From positions 1 to 41,955 of IMG/VR virus record IMGVR_UViG_3300043220_000019: a stretch of DNA of 41,955 bases, one strand, 5' to 3'. The position numbers and the translations under genes are program-made. This document shows, piece after piece, positions 25,348-33,242 of the stretch (the stretch's first letter is position 1; every line of letters begins with the position of its first letter). Source of the DNA: a virus (taxonomy: Duplodnaviria > Caudoviricetes). Under the pieces are notes generated by a model. It did no database searches and was not told the DNA's origin. It was given only the letters and a program-made list of their open reading frames with translations.

Positions 25348-25661
25348 TCCGCCTCCCCTGGGGCTAAGGCAGCACGGGCCTTCTTCTTGGCTATCTCCTG
25401 TACTTCAGGGCCGTGACCGTCGCTAGTCTCAAAACACTCCGGCGTACAAGCATCAGGATGAGTGTAGTCGAACGCTTGCAGCATCAAATCCAGCGCCCGC
25501 ACCAGCACCGCTTTCTCCGCGTCGCAGGCCGGTGTGTCGGCTAGGAAGGCGCGTAATTCGTCATCAGCCAGCCGCTCTATCTCAGCAGGCAACGCCCCAT
25601 ACTCGTGAGCCTTATCACGGATTCTTGTTAGTGCCTCCAGCGCCTCCGTGCATTTCGTCAT
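25344..25661 (-). CDS. Hypothetical protein
   Basis: Probable start MTKCTEAL with ATGA overlap; helical. Confidence 0.55.
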   Translation of the reverse strand: MTKCTEALEALTRIRDKAHEYGALPAEIERLADDELRAFLADTPACDAEKAVLVRALDLMLQAFDYTHPDACTPECFETSDGHGPEVQEIAKKKARAALAPGEAE

Positions 25662-25816
25662 GGGCTGGCCTCCAAGCGAGCACAACGCGCACAGACCCCT
25701 TCCTGCCTGCGCTCAGATCGGATGAGGTAGACCTTCTTGCACCTGCGGCAGCGCGGGACAGTTTGATACCACGCGAGCATCCCCCTCGTGGTGCCCTCAG
25801 ACCTTACTCTACCCAC
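25658..25816 (-). CDS. Small zinc-finger protein
   Basis: CRRC...CARC; probable GTG start. Confidence 0.45.
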   Translation of the reverse strand: MGRVRSEGTTRGMLAWYQTVPRCRRCKKVYLIRSERRQEGVCARCARLEASP

Positions 25817-26519
25817 ATCTCTTCTCCTTCCCCCTGGCCTCGGGCGTGGCGTCGATGGCGGCCTCAATGTCGTCAGCCCAGCCCCTTAGCTCTCGCCGTA
25901 CCTCATCCGGGGGTTGCCCACCAAGAGTAGCGAGACTGGGGCCACGACGACCTTTTGCGGCATCATCCCCATCAAACCAATCCGCCAACAGTCGTAGCTT
26001 GTCAGGGTCGGGCAGCGCCTTCCCGCGCCGCTCTGCCAGCGCCTTGTAGCCGTCGCGCTCACGCTGGGCTTGGACTGCTAGGCGGGCCGCCACCTTGAGA
26101 TTTTCCCCAGCCTCCGTCAGCGCGGCCTGTAGGCGGGCGTACCCTTCTCGTAGTTCAGTTACATCGCAAGGCCACATCTCACCGCACCGACCGCAGGTAG
26201 AACCCACCTTAGCGTGCATGGGGCCGCTGAAGTCGCCCCGCTTAGCGTTGGGGTGGAGGTAGTGGATCGCGTTGCAGGCTGAACACGCCTGCGCCTCCTC
26301 CAGCGCCTCCAGGGCGGCGAGTAAATCGGAGCGGGCGTGAGCAAAGAACCAAGCATCCTCATAGCGAACATCCTTGGCCGCGATATAGCCGCGTCCGTCT
26401 TGCACGTTGTAGCGATTCTCGGTAAGGGCAGTGACTTGAAACTGCATCGGTGTCGCCGCCTCGCACCGCGCCCTGGCCGCTGCTGGGTTAAACATCACAG
26501 GCGCTTCATCTTTAGCCAT
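25809..26519 (-). CDS. Ead/Ea22-like mosaic accessory protein
   Basis: CEAATP...DAWFFAHARSDLLAALEALE motif, CGRCGEMWPC and coiled coil. RBS AGGAGG. Confidence 0.6.
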   Translation of the reverse strand: MAKDEAPVMFNPAAARARCEAATPMQFQVTALTENRYNVQDGRGYIAAKDVRYEDAWFFAHARSDLLAALEALEEAQACSACNAIHYLHPNAKRGDFSGPMHAKVGSTCGRCGEMWPCDVTELREGYARLQAALTEAGENLKVAARLAVQAQRERDGYKALAERRGKALPDPDKLRLLADWFDGDDAAKGRRGPSLATLGGQPPDEVRRELRGWADDIEAAIDATPEARGKEKRCG

Positions 26520-26616
26520 CGTCTCAGCTCCTCCTTCGTACGGATGCGAATAAGCGTCAAGCCGTACGGGCCCAACCGATACTGTAGCGCCATCACATAA
26601 GCGCTCGGGTTATCCA

Positions 26617-26943
26617 TCATTCGCCTCCATTTCGATATGGGCTCAGCTCCACGACTACCTTCTTCTCCCGCGCCAGCACCTGCTCGATCTGCGGCCAGCT
26701 CGCCGGGCGCCAGCAGAACACCTCCGCCTTCCCCGTGCCGGCCAGCACCCGAAGCCAGTCTCGTTGCTCGTAAGTCAGATCAGCGTTCACCTTCAACTCA
26801 GCCACCACCACGCGCTCACCACGCCCCATGAACAGATCGGGCCAGCCCTTCGGCGAATGCAAGCTATACTTCGTCCAGGCCACCTTCCAGCCGAGCATCT
26901 TCGCCAGGTCCACCACTTGCCGCTGAAAGTCGGATTCTCTCAA
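26617..26943 (-). CDS. VRR-NUC domain nuclease
   Basis: ESDFQRQV, GWPDL, AELKV, EQRDWL and WRP motifs. Confidence 0.88.
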   Translation of the reverse strand: MRESDFQRQVVDLAKMLGWKVAWTKYSLHSPKGWPDLFMGRGERVVVAELKVNADLTYEQRDWLRVLAGTGKAEVFCWRPASWPQIEQVLAREKKVVVELSPYRNGGE

Positions 26944-27149
26944 GTCACATACTCCCCGGCCTGGTGCACCGCCGCCATAAGCTGCTTCTGGAAATCAACG
27001 CTCTCAGCCTTGGACATCTTGCCGTACGGCCAGGGCTGAGCGTTCTTGAACTCCCGTTCCTCGCCACAGAGCTTGCAGCGACCCCACGATGTCGGGCCTT
27101 CCGGGGACTCGATCAGCCAGTGGTGAGCGCAGGTGGCTGCGACGGTCAT
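26940..27149 (-). CDS. Small Cys/His protein
   Basis: CAHHWLIE...GRCKLCGEEREF. Confidence 0.65.
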   Translation of the reverse strand: MTVAATCAHHWLIESPEGPTSWGRCKLCGEEREFKNAQPWPYGKMSKAESVDFQKQLMAAVHQAGEYVT

Positions 27150-27463
27150 GACTTGGCCAAGGAGGGCGATGCACCAAAGCCGCTTACTCCCACTTGTGCT
27201 GCTACCTCTCGGTGGTCATCCAGTGTGTGCGGGCCAGCCGGAGCCGCCCCTAGTTCAGGGGGCTGACACGTCTCGCAGATGAAATCGAGACAGCCAAAAC
27301 AGAAGGCCCCCAGCCCAGCGTCTTTCCCACACAGCGCGCAGGGCGTTGCGCCTACTAGGAGCTTCAGATGGTCGAGCCTCTTGGTGAGGTTCTCGACGGC
27401 GTCGATATGCTCCAGCGCCTCTTCGATCTGTTTGAACCGTTTGGTCGTTCTCTTTATGCTCAT
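27146..27463 (-). CDS. Cys-rich zinc-binding hypothetical protein
   Basis: CALC, CFGC, CETC. RBS GGAGAGG before MSIKR. Confidence 0.55.
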   Translation of the reverse strand: MSIKRTTKRFKQIEEALEHIDAVENLTKRLDHLKLLVGATPCALCGKDAGLGAFCFGCLDFICETCQPPELGAAPAGPHTLDDHREVAAQVGVSGFGASPSLAKS

Positions 27464-27474
27464 GTCCTCTCCCT

Positions 27475-28173
27475 TCACCAGCAACTCGGCCAGCCTGCCG
27501 CCGTCCCTGGGCTAATCATCGACGCCCACACAGCCACGTTGAATCCCTGATGGTAGGGGTTGTAAGGGTCGGTGAGGCCAGTGACCCCCGACACGATACC
27601 CCACGTCCCAGGGTCGAACTGAGCCAGCCCCAGATGGTAGCCGCCTGGGTCGATTCGCCACGTGGACTCGCACCGGATCATCGCGTCGATTCGCTCCTCC
27701 GGGTAGGCTCCACTGGCGGCACGGTAGCCCTGGAAGAAAACAGCGACGGTTCTAGTGAGCGATACCGTTTCAGCCGCTCCCGCCGTAGGCTCACCACCCA
27801 CTTCTCCGTCCACGGAGCCCGCATCGACAAGCTCTCCGGCAGCGGAAGTCGGTGTACGTCCTGGTGAGGGCAGAACAGGTGCAGGAAGCGGAATACTGTG
27901 TGCGCCCAGTGGCGTAAGGCGCGCATCTAGAGAGCCTTCCCGCACCACGAACAACTCGTAGTAGGTATCGGCTTCCGCCGTGGCGGCATTGGCCCGCGCA
28001 GAATAAACTTCACCGCCCCGTAGGTCGTCGTCTGAAACGCCGAATGTGTACACCTTGCCATCCGTCCCTCCAATCGCTACCAGCCCCAGAAGTAGGGCCA
28101 GGGCTAAGAATCTTACGTTATCCCCCGGCTTGTACCGAGGACTGTTTCCTCTCGCCCAATTCCAGCTCGGCAT
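27475..28173 (-). CDS. Exported protein with C-terminal Rpf/SLT-like lytic transglycosylase domain
   Basis: Hydrophobic signal RFLALALLLGLVAIGG, low-complexity linker, then IRCES...GLAQFDPGTW...GWPSC. Confidence 0.75.
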   Translation of the reverse strand: MPSWNWARGNSPRYKPGDNVRFLALALLLGLVAIGGTDGKVYTFGVSDDDLRGGEVYSARANAATAEADTYYELFVVREGSLDARLTPLGAHSIPLPAPVLPSPGRTPTSAAGELVDAGSVDGEVGGEPTAGAAETVSLTRTVAVFFQGYRAASGAYPEERIDAMIRCESTWRIDPGGYHLGLAQFDPGTWGIVSGVTGLTDPYNPYHQGFNVAVWASMISPGTAAGWPSCW

Positions 28174-28366
28174 ATTTCGAGACCTCGATGTCAGCACACA
28201 CCCAGGAGCAATACGTGTATTTCTTGCCGTACTCTCCCTGCCGAATCTCTATCAAACCCGCAGGTAATCCCGGATACGCGCCGCCGTCCGAAGACGCATA
28301 AGCCTCCGCTGGCGTTTCTGACGTACATAGTTCCCTGTCGCATCTATACAGGCTCTCGTAGCTCAC
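28118..28366 (-). CDS. Hypothetical protein (CDxxxC...CSWVC)
   Basis: Start reassigned to GTG 28366 after RBS GGAGG. Confidence 0.55.
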   Translation of the reverse strand: MSYESLYRCDRELCTSETPAEAYASSDGGAYPGLPAGLIEIRQGEYGKKYTYCSWVCADIEVSKYAELELGERKQSSVQAGG

Positions 28367-28554
28367 AGTTCGCCTCCCATCACGATATGCGTTGCGCCAA
28401 CTTTTTCGTGAGATCGAAAATCGAAACGAAAAATTGGCTATTAATGACTCTGCTACTAAGCAGGTCCCTATGTAATACAGCACGGCATAACGCTAACGGG
28501 GACGGGTACGGGTACGGGGCTAGGAGAATGTTGTAGCAAGCGTTTAGCATGGCG

Positions 28555-28908
28555 CTAACCACGTTGCTTGGCTTTCGCTAGCCCGCCGGCCTGCCCAGCA
28601 CGGCGGTTATTCTCCCGCCTCTCCTCCAGGGATTTCCGTGACGGGTTGTACTCCAGATAATCGTGGATGGCGTACCCTGTGCCGTTCCTCTCCCACAACC
28701 CCACCTCAACTAGCCGGTCGGCCAGCTTCCTGGCACGGGCACGGGTGTACTGGCCCAATCCAGCCAGTGACGCATCCGGTATCGCCCCGTCCGTCAAGTG
28801 CTGGGCCGCGTAACACAGCCCCGCTACGTGGAGCCACGCTGCTGCTTGCCCGGCGGCCTGTACCTTTGGATGAGTGGCAAACTCGTCACTAACCTTTACC
28901 CAGCTCAC
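28555..28908 (-). CDS. Phage replication initiator-like protein (N-terminal winged-helix only; possibly truncated)
   Basis: WVKVSDEFATHPKV...TDGAIP...LVEVGLW...IHDYLEYNPS...GQAGGLAKA. Confidence 0.7.
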   Translation of the reverse strand: MSWVKVSDEFATHPKVQAAGQAAAWLHVAGLCYAAQHLTDGAIPDASLAGLGQYTRARARKLADRLVEVGLWERNGTGYAIHDYLEYNPSRKSLEERRENNRRAGQAGGLAKAKQRG

Positions 28909-29741
28909 GCCGTTGCCCTCCGCACCGCCTGCGCGATCGCTCGCCCCATCGCCATCGGGACACCATTGCCGATGACCGACCGCTTGCCGTGCATGGTGAA
29001 GGGCATCTCCTTGGTGAAGTCGCGGGGCAGGCCCATCGCCTCACAGGCGTCCTCGATGGGGAGGACCGAACCCATGCCAGGGAGCGGCCCGCCGCCCTTC
29101 TCCTTGCTCCGCACCCGCGCACCACTGGACGCTACGCGGGCATCGGCGACGACGCTTCTGTGAACACGAGACCCGTGTGGTAGGACACCGCCCTTGCCGT
29201 GCGTGCGCTTGACTTTACCGCTTCCACCGACAGCAACCGGAACCTGCCTGCTATCGGCGACTATCGAACGCTCGGTGTCCAGCTCCATCAGCGCCACCCA
29301 CGGGATGTCCAGCGGCCTACCGTCGAGTGTGCCGAACGAGAACCGGCGTGGCCGCGGCTGCACACCCCCAACCCACTTGTCCCGCACCATCGCCGCCCAC
29401 GTCTCGAAACCTGCAACATGGGGTATCGGCGCATCCGGCACATTCTCCATGAGGAACCAGAAAGGGCCCGCCTCGGCCACGACCCGCTCGAACTCCGGTA
29501 TCAGGTTGCCGAAGCGCGGCTGGTGGCCGTTGTGCTTGATGAGGTGGCGGAGAGCTGAGAACGCCTGACACGGTGGTCCGCCTATCACGCCCTCGAACAC
29601 ACCCGTCGGCGGATGAAACGTGCGGATGTCGCCGCCCCACAACAGATCCGGCCCACGCACGACGCAGTAACCCTCCTCCTCGAAAGCGCGGCCCAAGAGG
29701 TCGATGCCGGGGAAGATGGAGAGAACTAAACCGGGCTGCAC
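28905..29741 (-). CDS. C5 cytosine DNA methyltransferase
   Basis: SIFPGI, GGPPCQAFS, MENV, QPRPR and IGNGVP motifs. Confidence 0.88.
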   Translation of the reverse strand: MQPGLVLSIFPGIDLLGRAFEEEGYCVVRGPDLLWGGDIRTFHPPTGVFEGVIGGPPCQAFSALRHLIKHNGHQPRFGNLIPEFERVVAEAGPFWFLMENVPDAPIPHVAGFETWAAMVRDKWVGGVQPRPRRFSFGTLDGRPLDIPWVALMELDTERSIVADSRQVPVAVGGSGKVKRTHGKGGVLPHGSRVHRSVVADARVASSGARVRSKEKGGGPLPGMGSVLPIEDACEAMGLPRDFTKEMPFTMHGKRSVIGNGVPMAMGRAIAQAVRRATA

Positions 29742-29747
29742 CGATGC

Positions 29748-30056
29748 TTACTCCAGTCCGCCAGCTTCACCAGCGCCTTGCAGCCGCCGCACAGGTGGGC
29801 GTAGCGACGCCGGCCCAGGATCTTCAGCCCCAGCCGCCACTTCGCGTACTTCACCAGCGGCGAGTTCGCCATCACGTCTCCCGTTCTTGCAGTTGCAGCA
29901 GTCCTTCAAGTGATAGCGCACCCCAGTCAGGCCCATCGATATCTTCTCCGCGATCTCCTTCTGGAGGAGTCCTGCCTGTCGTAGTTGTACGATCCGCTGG
30001 TGCAGACGTATCGTGTCAGCGTTGGGCTGGTAGAGGCCAAAGGCACGCCTTCTCAT
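29748..30056 (-). CDS. HTH DNA-binding protein
   Basis: IVQLRQAGLLQKEIAEKISMGLTGVRYHL. Confidence 0.65.
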   Translation of the reverse strand: MRRRAFGLYQPNADTIRLHQRIVQLRQAGLLQKEIAEKISMGLTGVRYHLKDCCNCKNGRRDGELAAGEVREVAAGAEDPGPASLRPPVRRLQGAGEAGGLE

Positions 30057-30093
30057 GGCTCCCCCTGCGGGGGCTTGCCCTGGGGAAGAGGGG

Positions 30094-30738
30094 TCATCGG
30101 AGAATCACCGCCATGAGTTGCCTCCCGATGTATTCCGTGTAGGCGGGCGGGATGGCCTGGCTCAAGTCATTGCCCGTCATCCAGTCGATGCCCATCGCCT
30201 CCGGCCCCACGTAGGAGCCGATGTCGCCCACGACCGTCACGAAGCCGCCAGCATCCCAGTGGCCGCGACGGTTCTTCTTCCGGCGGTTGACGCGGGTTAG
30301 ATGCCCCGGGTGGTCCTGCTTCCAAAGGAAGGCGTTGCTCTCGAAGATGCGGTGGCGGTAGCTCCGCAGGCCGAACGGCGCCGCGCACAAGACGAGATCA
30401 CGCCTGAGCGGCGCGCCGATGACATTCTCAATGACCCATAGAGCGCCCGAGGATTCCAGCCTCGCCCGGGTGGCTCCTACCAAGTCCTCATAGCCCGAAA
30501 CATCGACCACGCTCTTGAGCGCCGTGTAGCGTTGGCACGGCGGACTAGCATGGATCACGTCGAAGCCGTCGAGCGGGAACGTCATCGCGTCGGCCCGCAC
30601 GAACTCGAACGGGTAGCGCGGCTGCGGATCAATGTCCACGCCTACGACCCGGAAGCCTGCACGATGGTAGCCCATCGATGCACCGCCGGCCTTACAGAAC
30701 AAGTCGAGCAGGATCGGCGTCGCCTTTTGCCCGCTCAT
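30094..30738 (-). CDS. Second C5 cytosine DNA methyltransferase (short type)
   Basis: LLDLFCKAGG, HASPPCQ, IENV, RHRIFES and SQAIPPAYTEYIG. Start reassigned to ATG 30738. Confidence 0.88.
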   Translation of the reverse strand: MSGQKATPILLDLFCKAGGASMGYHRAGFRVVGVDIDPQPRYPFEFVRADAMTFPLDGFDVIHASPPCQRYTALKSVVDVSGYEDLVGATRARLESSGALWVIENVIGAPLRRDLVLCAAPFGLRSYRHRIFESNAFLWKQDHPGHLTRVNRRKKNRRGHWDAGGFVTVVGDIGSYVGPEAMGIDWMTGNDLSQAIPPAYTEYIGRQLMAVILR

Positions 30739-31838
30739 CGCCCCTCCATGAACACCAGTAGGTCGTTCGCGCAGCCGCACGGCCCGCAGTCCAAGCCGGT
30801 GTGCTCCTCCGGGTGTGCCCCATGCCATGCCAGGCGCTCCGCCGCGATCTCCGGCGCCGACCAGCGCTGCACCGACACCCGCTCGCCCGACTCCACCCCC
30901 AACCTCTGCGCCAGCGCCGCCACCGTGGGGGCCTCGCCGTAAACCCCGTAGTGCGCCACCGCCGCCTCCATCGCCACCTTGCCGTCATCTAGGGACCGCC
31001 TGCCGATCGACTGCATCAGGCTCTTGGAGTCCGTCAGCTTCCCGATCTGTTCGACGACGTGAGTGTCCGATGTGACACAGATGGCCCAGATGTTGGCGTA
31101 GGCGTACAGAGTCCGGCGTGACGCCCCGAACCGCTCGTAGGCAGACTCATTCCAGACTTCGTGTCGTTCCTTGAACGTCCACACCGCCTTGCACTTCACC
31201 AGGAAGGACAGCCCTTGCCGCTTCTCAGCCGACTCGTATAACACCTGGAGTTGGTCGTCGGACAGGTCGGCCCAGTCGTCGGAAAGGGGAGCTGGTGGAG
31301 CGGAGGGGAGTCGAACCCCTGTACCGCCGGTTCCCTTGCGGGTTTTTCCTTTGGTCGAACCTTCCCGCCCCTCGCGTTGGATAGCAAGGCGCTTAGCCTC
31401 AGACTTCGATATAGTTGGCAGACCAGACTCCCGCCCTACCTCCCGCTGGCCATGTACCTCGAGCACTCGGCGCATTGGCAACTCGTCGCGTGCGACATCG
31501 GGCATCACCTCCTTCTGATATCTCGGATGCTTGACTATCCGCGTCCCCTTCGGGTTCCGCACGATGTAGTAGCCGTCCGCGATTTCGTCTGTGTAGCCTT
31601 CAGTCGTGACGGCCTTATGGTGCGGCGGACATAAACACTGGATGTTGTCGGGGTCGTCTCGCCTCTCCGGTGAGCCGCCCATGCCGCGAGGGTCTACGTG
31701 GTGGTGCTCCACGTCCAAGCGGCCGCACCAGCACTCGTGAAACTCCGGCGACGACGGGAACGGGCACCACTCGATGCGGCACATCGGCTCGCGCTCTAGC
31801 CCCTCTGCGGGTGCGGGGTGCGTAGATGTGCCGGTCAC
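30735..31838 (-). CDS. Multi-domain protein: HNH-like N-terminus, linker, helical C-terminal domain
   Basis: HHHVDPRGMGGS...NIQCLCPPHH is HNH-like. The ORF is open across the embedded tmRNA-like element. Confidence 0.65.
   Translation of the reverse strand: MTGTSTHPAPAEGLEREPMCRIEWCPFPSSPEFHECWCGRLDVEHHHVDPRGMGGSPERRDDPDNIQCLCPPHHKAVTTEGYTDEIADGYYIVRNPKGTRIVKHPRYQKEVMPDVARDELPMRRVLEVHGQREVGRESGLPTISKSEAKRLAIQREGREGSTKGKTRKGTGGTGVRLPSAPPAPLSDDWADLSDDQLQVLYESAEKRQGLSFLVKCKAVWTFKERHEVWNESAYERFGASRRTLYAYANIWAICVTSDTHVVEQIGKLTDSKSLMQSIGRRSLDDGKVAMEAAVAHYGVYGEAPTVAALAQRLGVESGERVSVQRWSAPEIAAERLAWHGAHPEEHTGLDCGPCGCANDLLVFMEGR
31293..31371 (-). ncRNA. Minimal tmRNA-like RNA (tRNA-like domain only)
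   Basis: GGGGCGG GAAGGUUCGA CCAAAGGAAAAACCCGCAAGGGAACCGGCGG UAC AGGGG UUCGACU CCCCU CCGCUCC ACCA: 7-bp acceptor stem with G3-U, stemless D-loop, perfect T-arm and encoded CCA. Confidence 0.75.
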
Positions 31839-31996
31839 GCTCTACGCTTCCTTCCCGTGCGCTTGGTGATAGGGTATTTTACGAAGGGGTTTTCTCCCGG
31901 CTCACCAGGATCAACCATTATGCCCTCAGCGTTACGCATCAGCGTGGTTTGGCTAGGCTCAAAGAGCCGCCCCAGCCATCGTAGAAGCCGTCTCAT
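31835..31996 (-). CDS. Hypothetical protein (53 aa)
   Basis: MRRLLRWLGRLFEPS..., coupled by ATGA/GTGA overlaps on both sides. Confidence 0.45.
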   Translation of the reverse strand: MRRLLRWLGRLFEPSQTTLMRNAEGIMVDPGEPGENPFVKYPITKRTGRKRRA

Positions 31997-32352
31997 CGGG
32001 ATAGCCTACGCTTCCTCAGCCGCGGCCGGCCACGAGTGCGTCGCATGATGACGTTCACCGGCTGCACGTGGTCTGACCGCACCACGACGGCGACGTGGCG
32101 GGCCTGTCCTCTCGGCCCCACGACCGTTTGGTGCGCGTACTCCGGCGCGTGGCCCCGCTTGTAGCGCAGGACGAAATGCTTGTGGCCTTGATGCCGGGCG
32201 AGGACTACGCCGTAGACCCGCCGGACAACACCCCTGTAGCGCACGTGGGTCGGGTCAGAGGGGGTCGGCGGCACCACTGGGCGGAACGGGGGGCCGCTGC
32301 CGTTACCGGCTACCTGGGGGGCTGATTGTGCTTCCGTAGCGGGATAGCTCAC
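31993..32352 (-). CDS. Hypothetical basic protein
   Basis: 119 aa, coupled on both sides. Confidence 0.45.
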   Translation of the reverse strand: MSYPATEAQSAPQVAGNGSGPPFRPVVPPTPSDPTHVRYRGVVRRVYGVVLARHQGHKHFVLRYKRGHAPEYAHQTVVGPRGQARHVAVVVRSDHVQPVNVIMRRTRGRPRLRKRRLSR

Positions 32353-32756
32353 GTCGCCTCGCTCGGTGCTTCCAGCAGCCAGCCCCGGCGTTGAGCCTCC
32401 GGTATCTCCTCAAACACCGTGCGGCCCGAAGGCGTCAGCATGTAGGGCAGGAACTCTTGCTCCAAGTCCACCAGCCCGAACTGGATCGCCTCAACCTTCG
32501 CCTTCAGATACCAGTACAGAGCGCGTAGCTTCTGCTTGCGCTCGCGGTCGTCTTCGTATCTCACCACGAGCCGGAACGCCATCCGGCCACCGTCCCACTC
32601 CAGCCCTGCCTCCAATGTCTCCTGCCCCTGGAAGCTACTCCAGCGGAAGCCCACGGCCCCGACCCTTTGCAGCAGCTCCTCTACCTGTTCCTTCGAGCGA
32701 TGGGACGGTACGGCGGTGTTGGCGTAGGACTGGAGGGCGCTGCCGCGTCTAGCCAT
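32349..32756 (-). CDS. Conserved phage hypothetical protein
   Basis: YANTAVPSHRSKEQVEELL...RALYWYLKAKVEAI...EQEFLPYM..PSGRTV. Confidence 0.7.
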   Translation of the reverse strand: MARRGSALQSYANTAVPSHRSKEQVEELLQRVGAVGFRWSSFQGQETLEAGLEWDGGRMAFRLVVRYEDDRERKQKLRALYWYLKAKVEAIQFGLVDLEQEFLPYMLTPSGRTVFEEIPEAQRRGWLLEAPSEAT

Positions 32757-32973
32757 GCCCATTCCCCCCTATCGTCGTCAACGGCGCGTACTTCGCCGCC
32801 GCAACCACCACCGCTATGCTCTGGGCCTGCGCGAACATCCCCTGGAAGGCTCCCCAGACAGTCGGGGCCACAGAGATCAGCACTAACGGCCCCGGCGCCA
32901 GCCCTTCAAGGAAGCCGATGGCCACCACGTTGGTCCAGTCGGGGAAGAACACTAGGGTAGCGGTGATGGTCAC
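32749..32973 (-). CDS. Small membrane protein
   Basis: 74 aa, hydrophobic, coupled. Confidence 0.45.
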   Translation of the reverse strand: MTITATLVFFPDWTNVVAIGFLEGLAPGPLVLISVAPTVWGAFQGMFAQAQSIAVVVAAAKYAPLTTIGGNGHG

Positions 32974-33242
32974 GACGCCTTTCCTGTCATTGGCGACCGC
33001 CGCCTTACTCTGTCGTGGTCTTCGTGCGCCTCGGCATGACCAACGAAATCCTGAGAGTCACAGGCGGAGGGGTGGCTGTAGAGAAGTATTCGCTTGAGCA
33101 CGCAGTCGTGATAGTTCGCCAGCTCTCGCACCCAGACCGTCTCAGGGATAAGGGTTCCCTCTGGCATAGTCGTGGGGTCAAAGTGAAAGCGGTAGCCATC
33201 ATATCGAATCACTGGCCCAAAGCGCCGTTGCGGGGCTTTCAT
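32970..33242 (-). CDS. Hypothetical protein
   Basis: 90 aa, coupled on both sides. Confidence 0.5.
   Translation of the reverse strand: MKAPQRRFGPVIRYDGYRFHFDPTTMPEGTLIPETVWVRELANYHDCVLKRILLYSHPSACDSQDFVGHAEAHEDHDRVRRRSPMTGKAS

Noticed and set aside
28555-28557. Genome-wide TAG recoding
   Set aside because: TAG ends many well-defined genes with tight coupling to the next gene (e.g. 3456, 7780, 11835), and no suppressor tRNA was seen.
31293-31371. Canonical tRNA-Ala or attP remnant
   Set aside because: There is no D-stem and no 7-nt anticodon loop on a 5-bp stem. An attP would carry only one end of the gene, while both pairing ends are present here, and no integrase was found.
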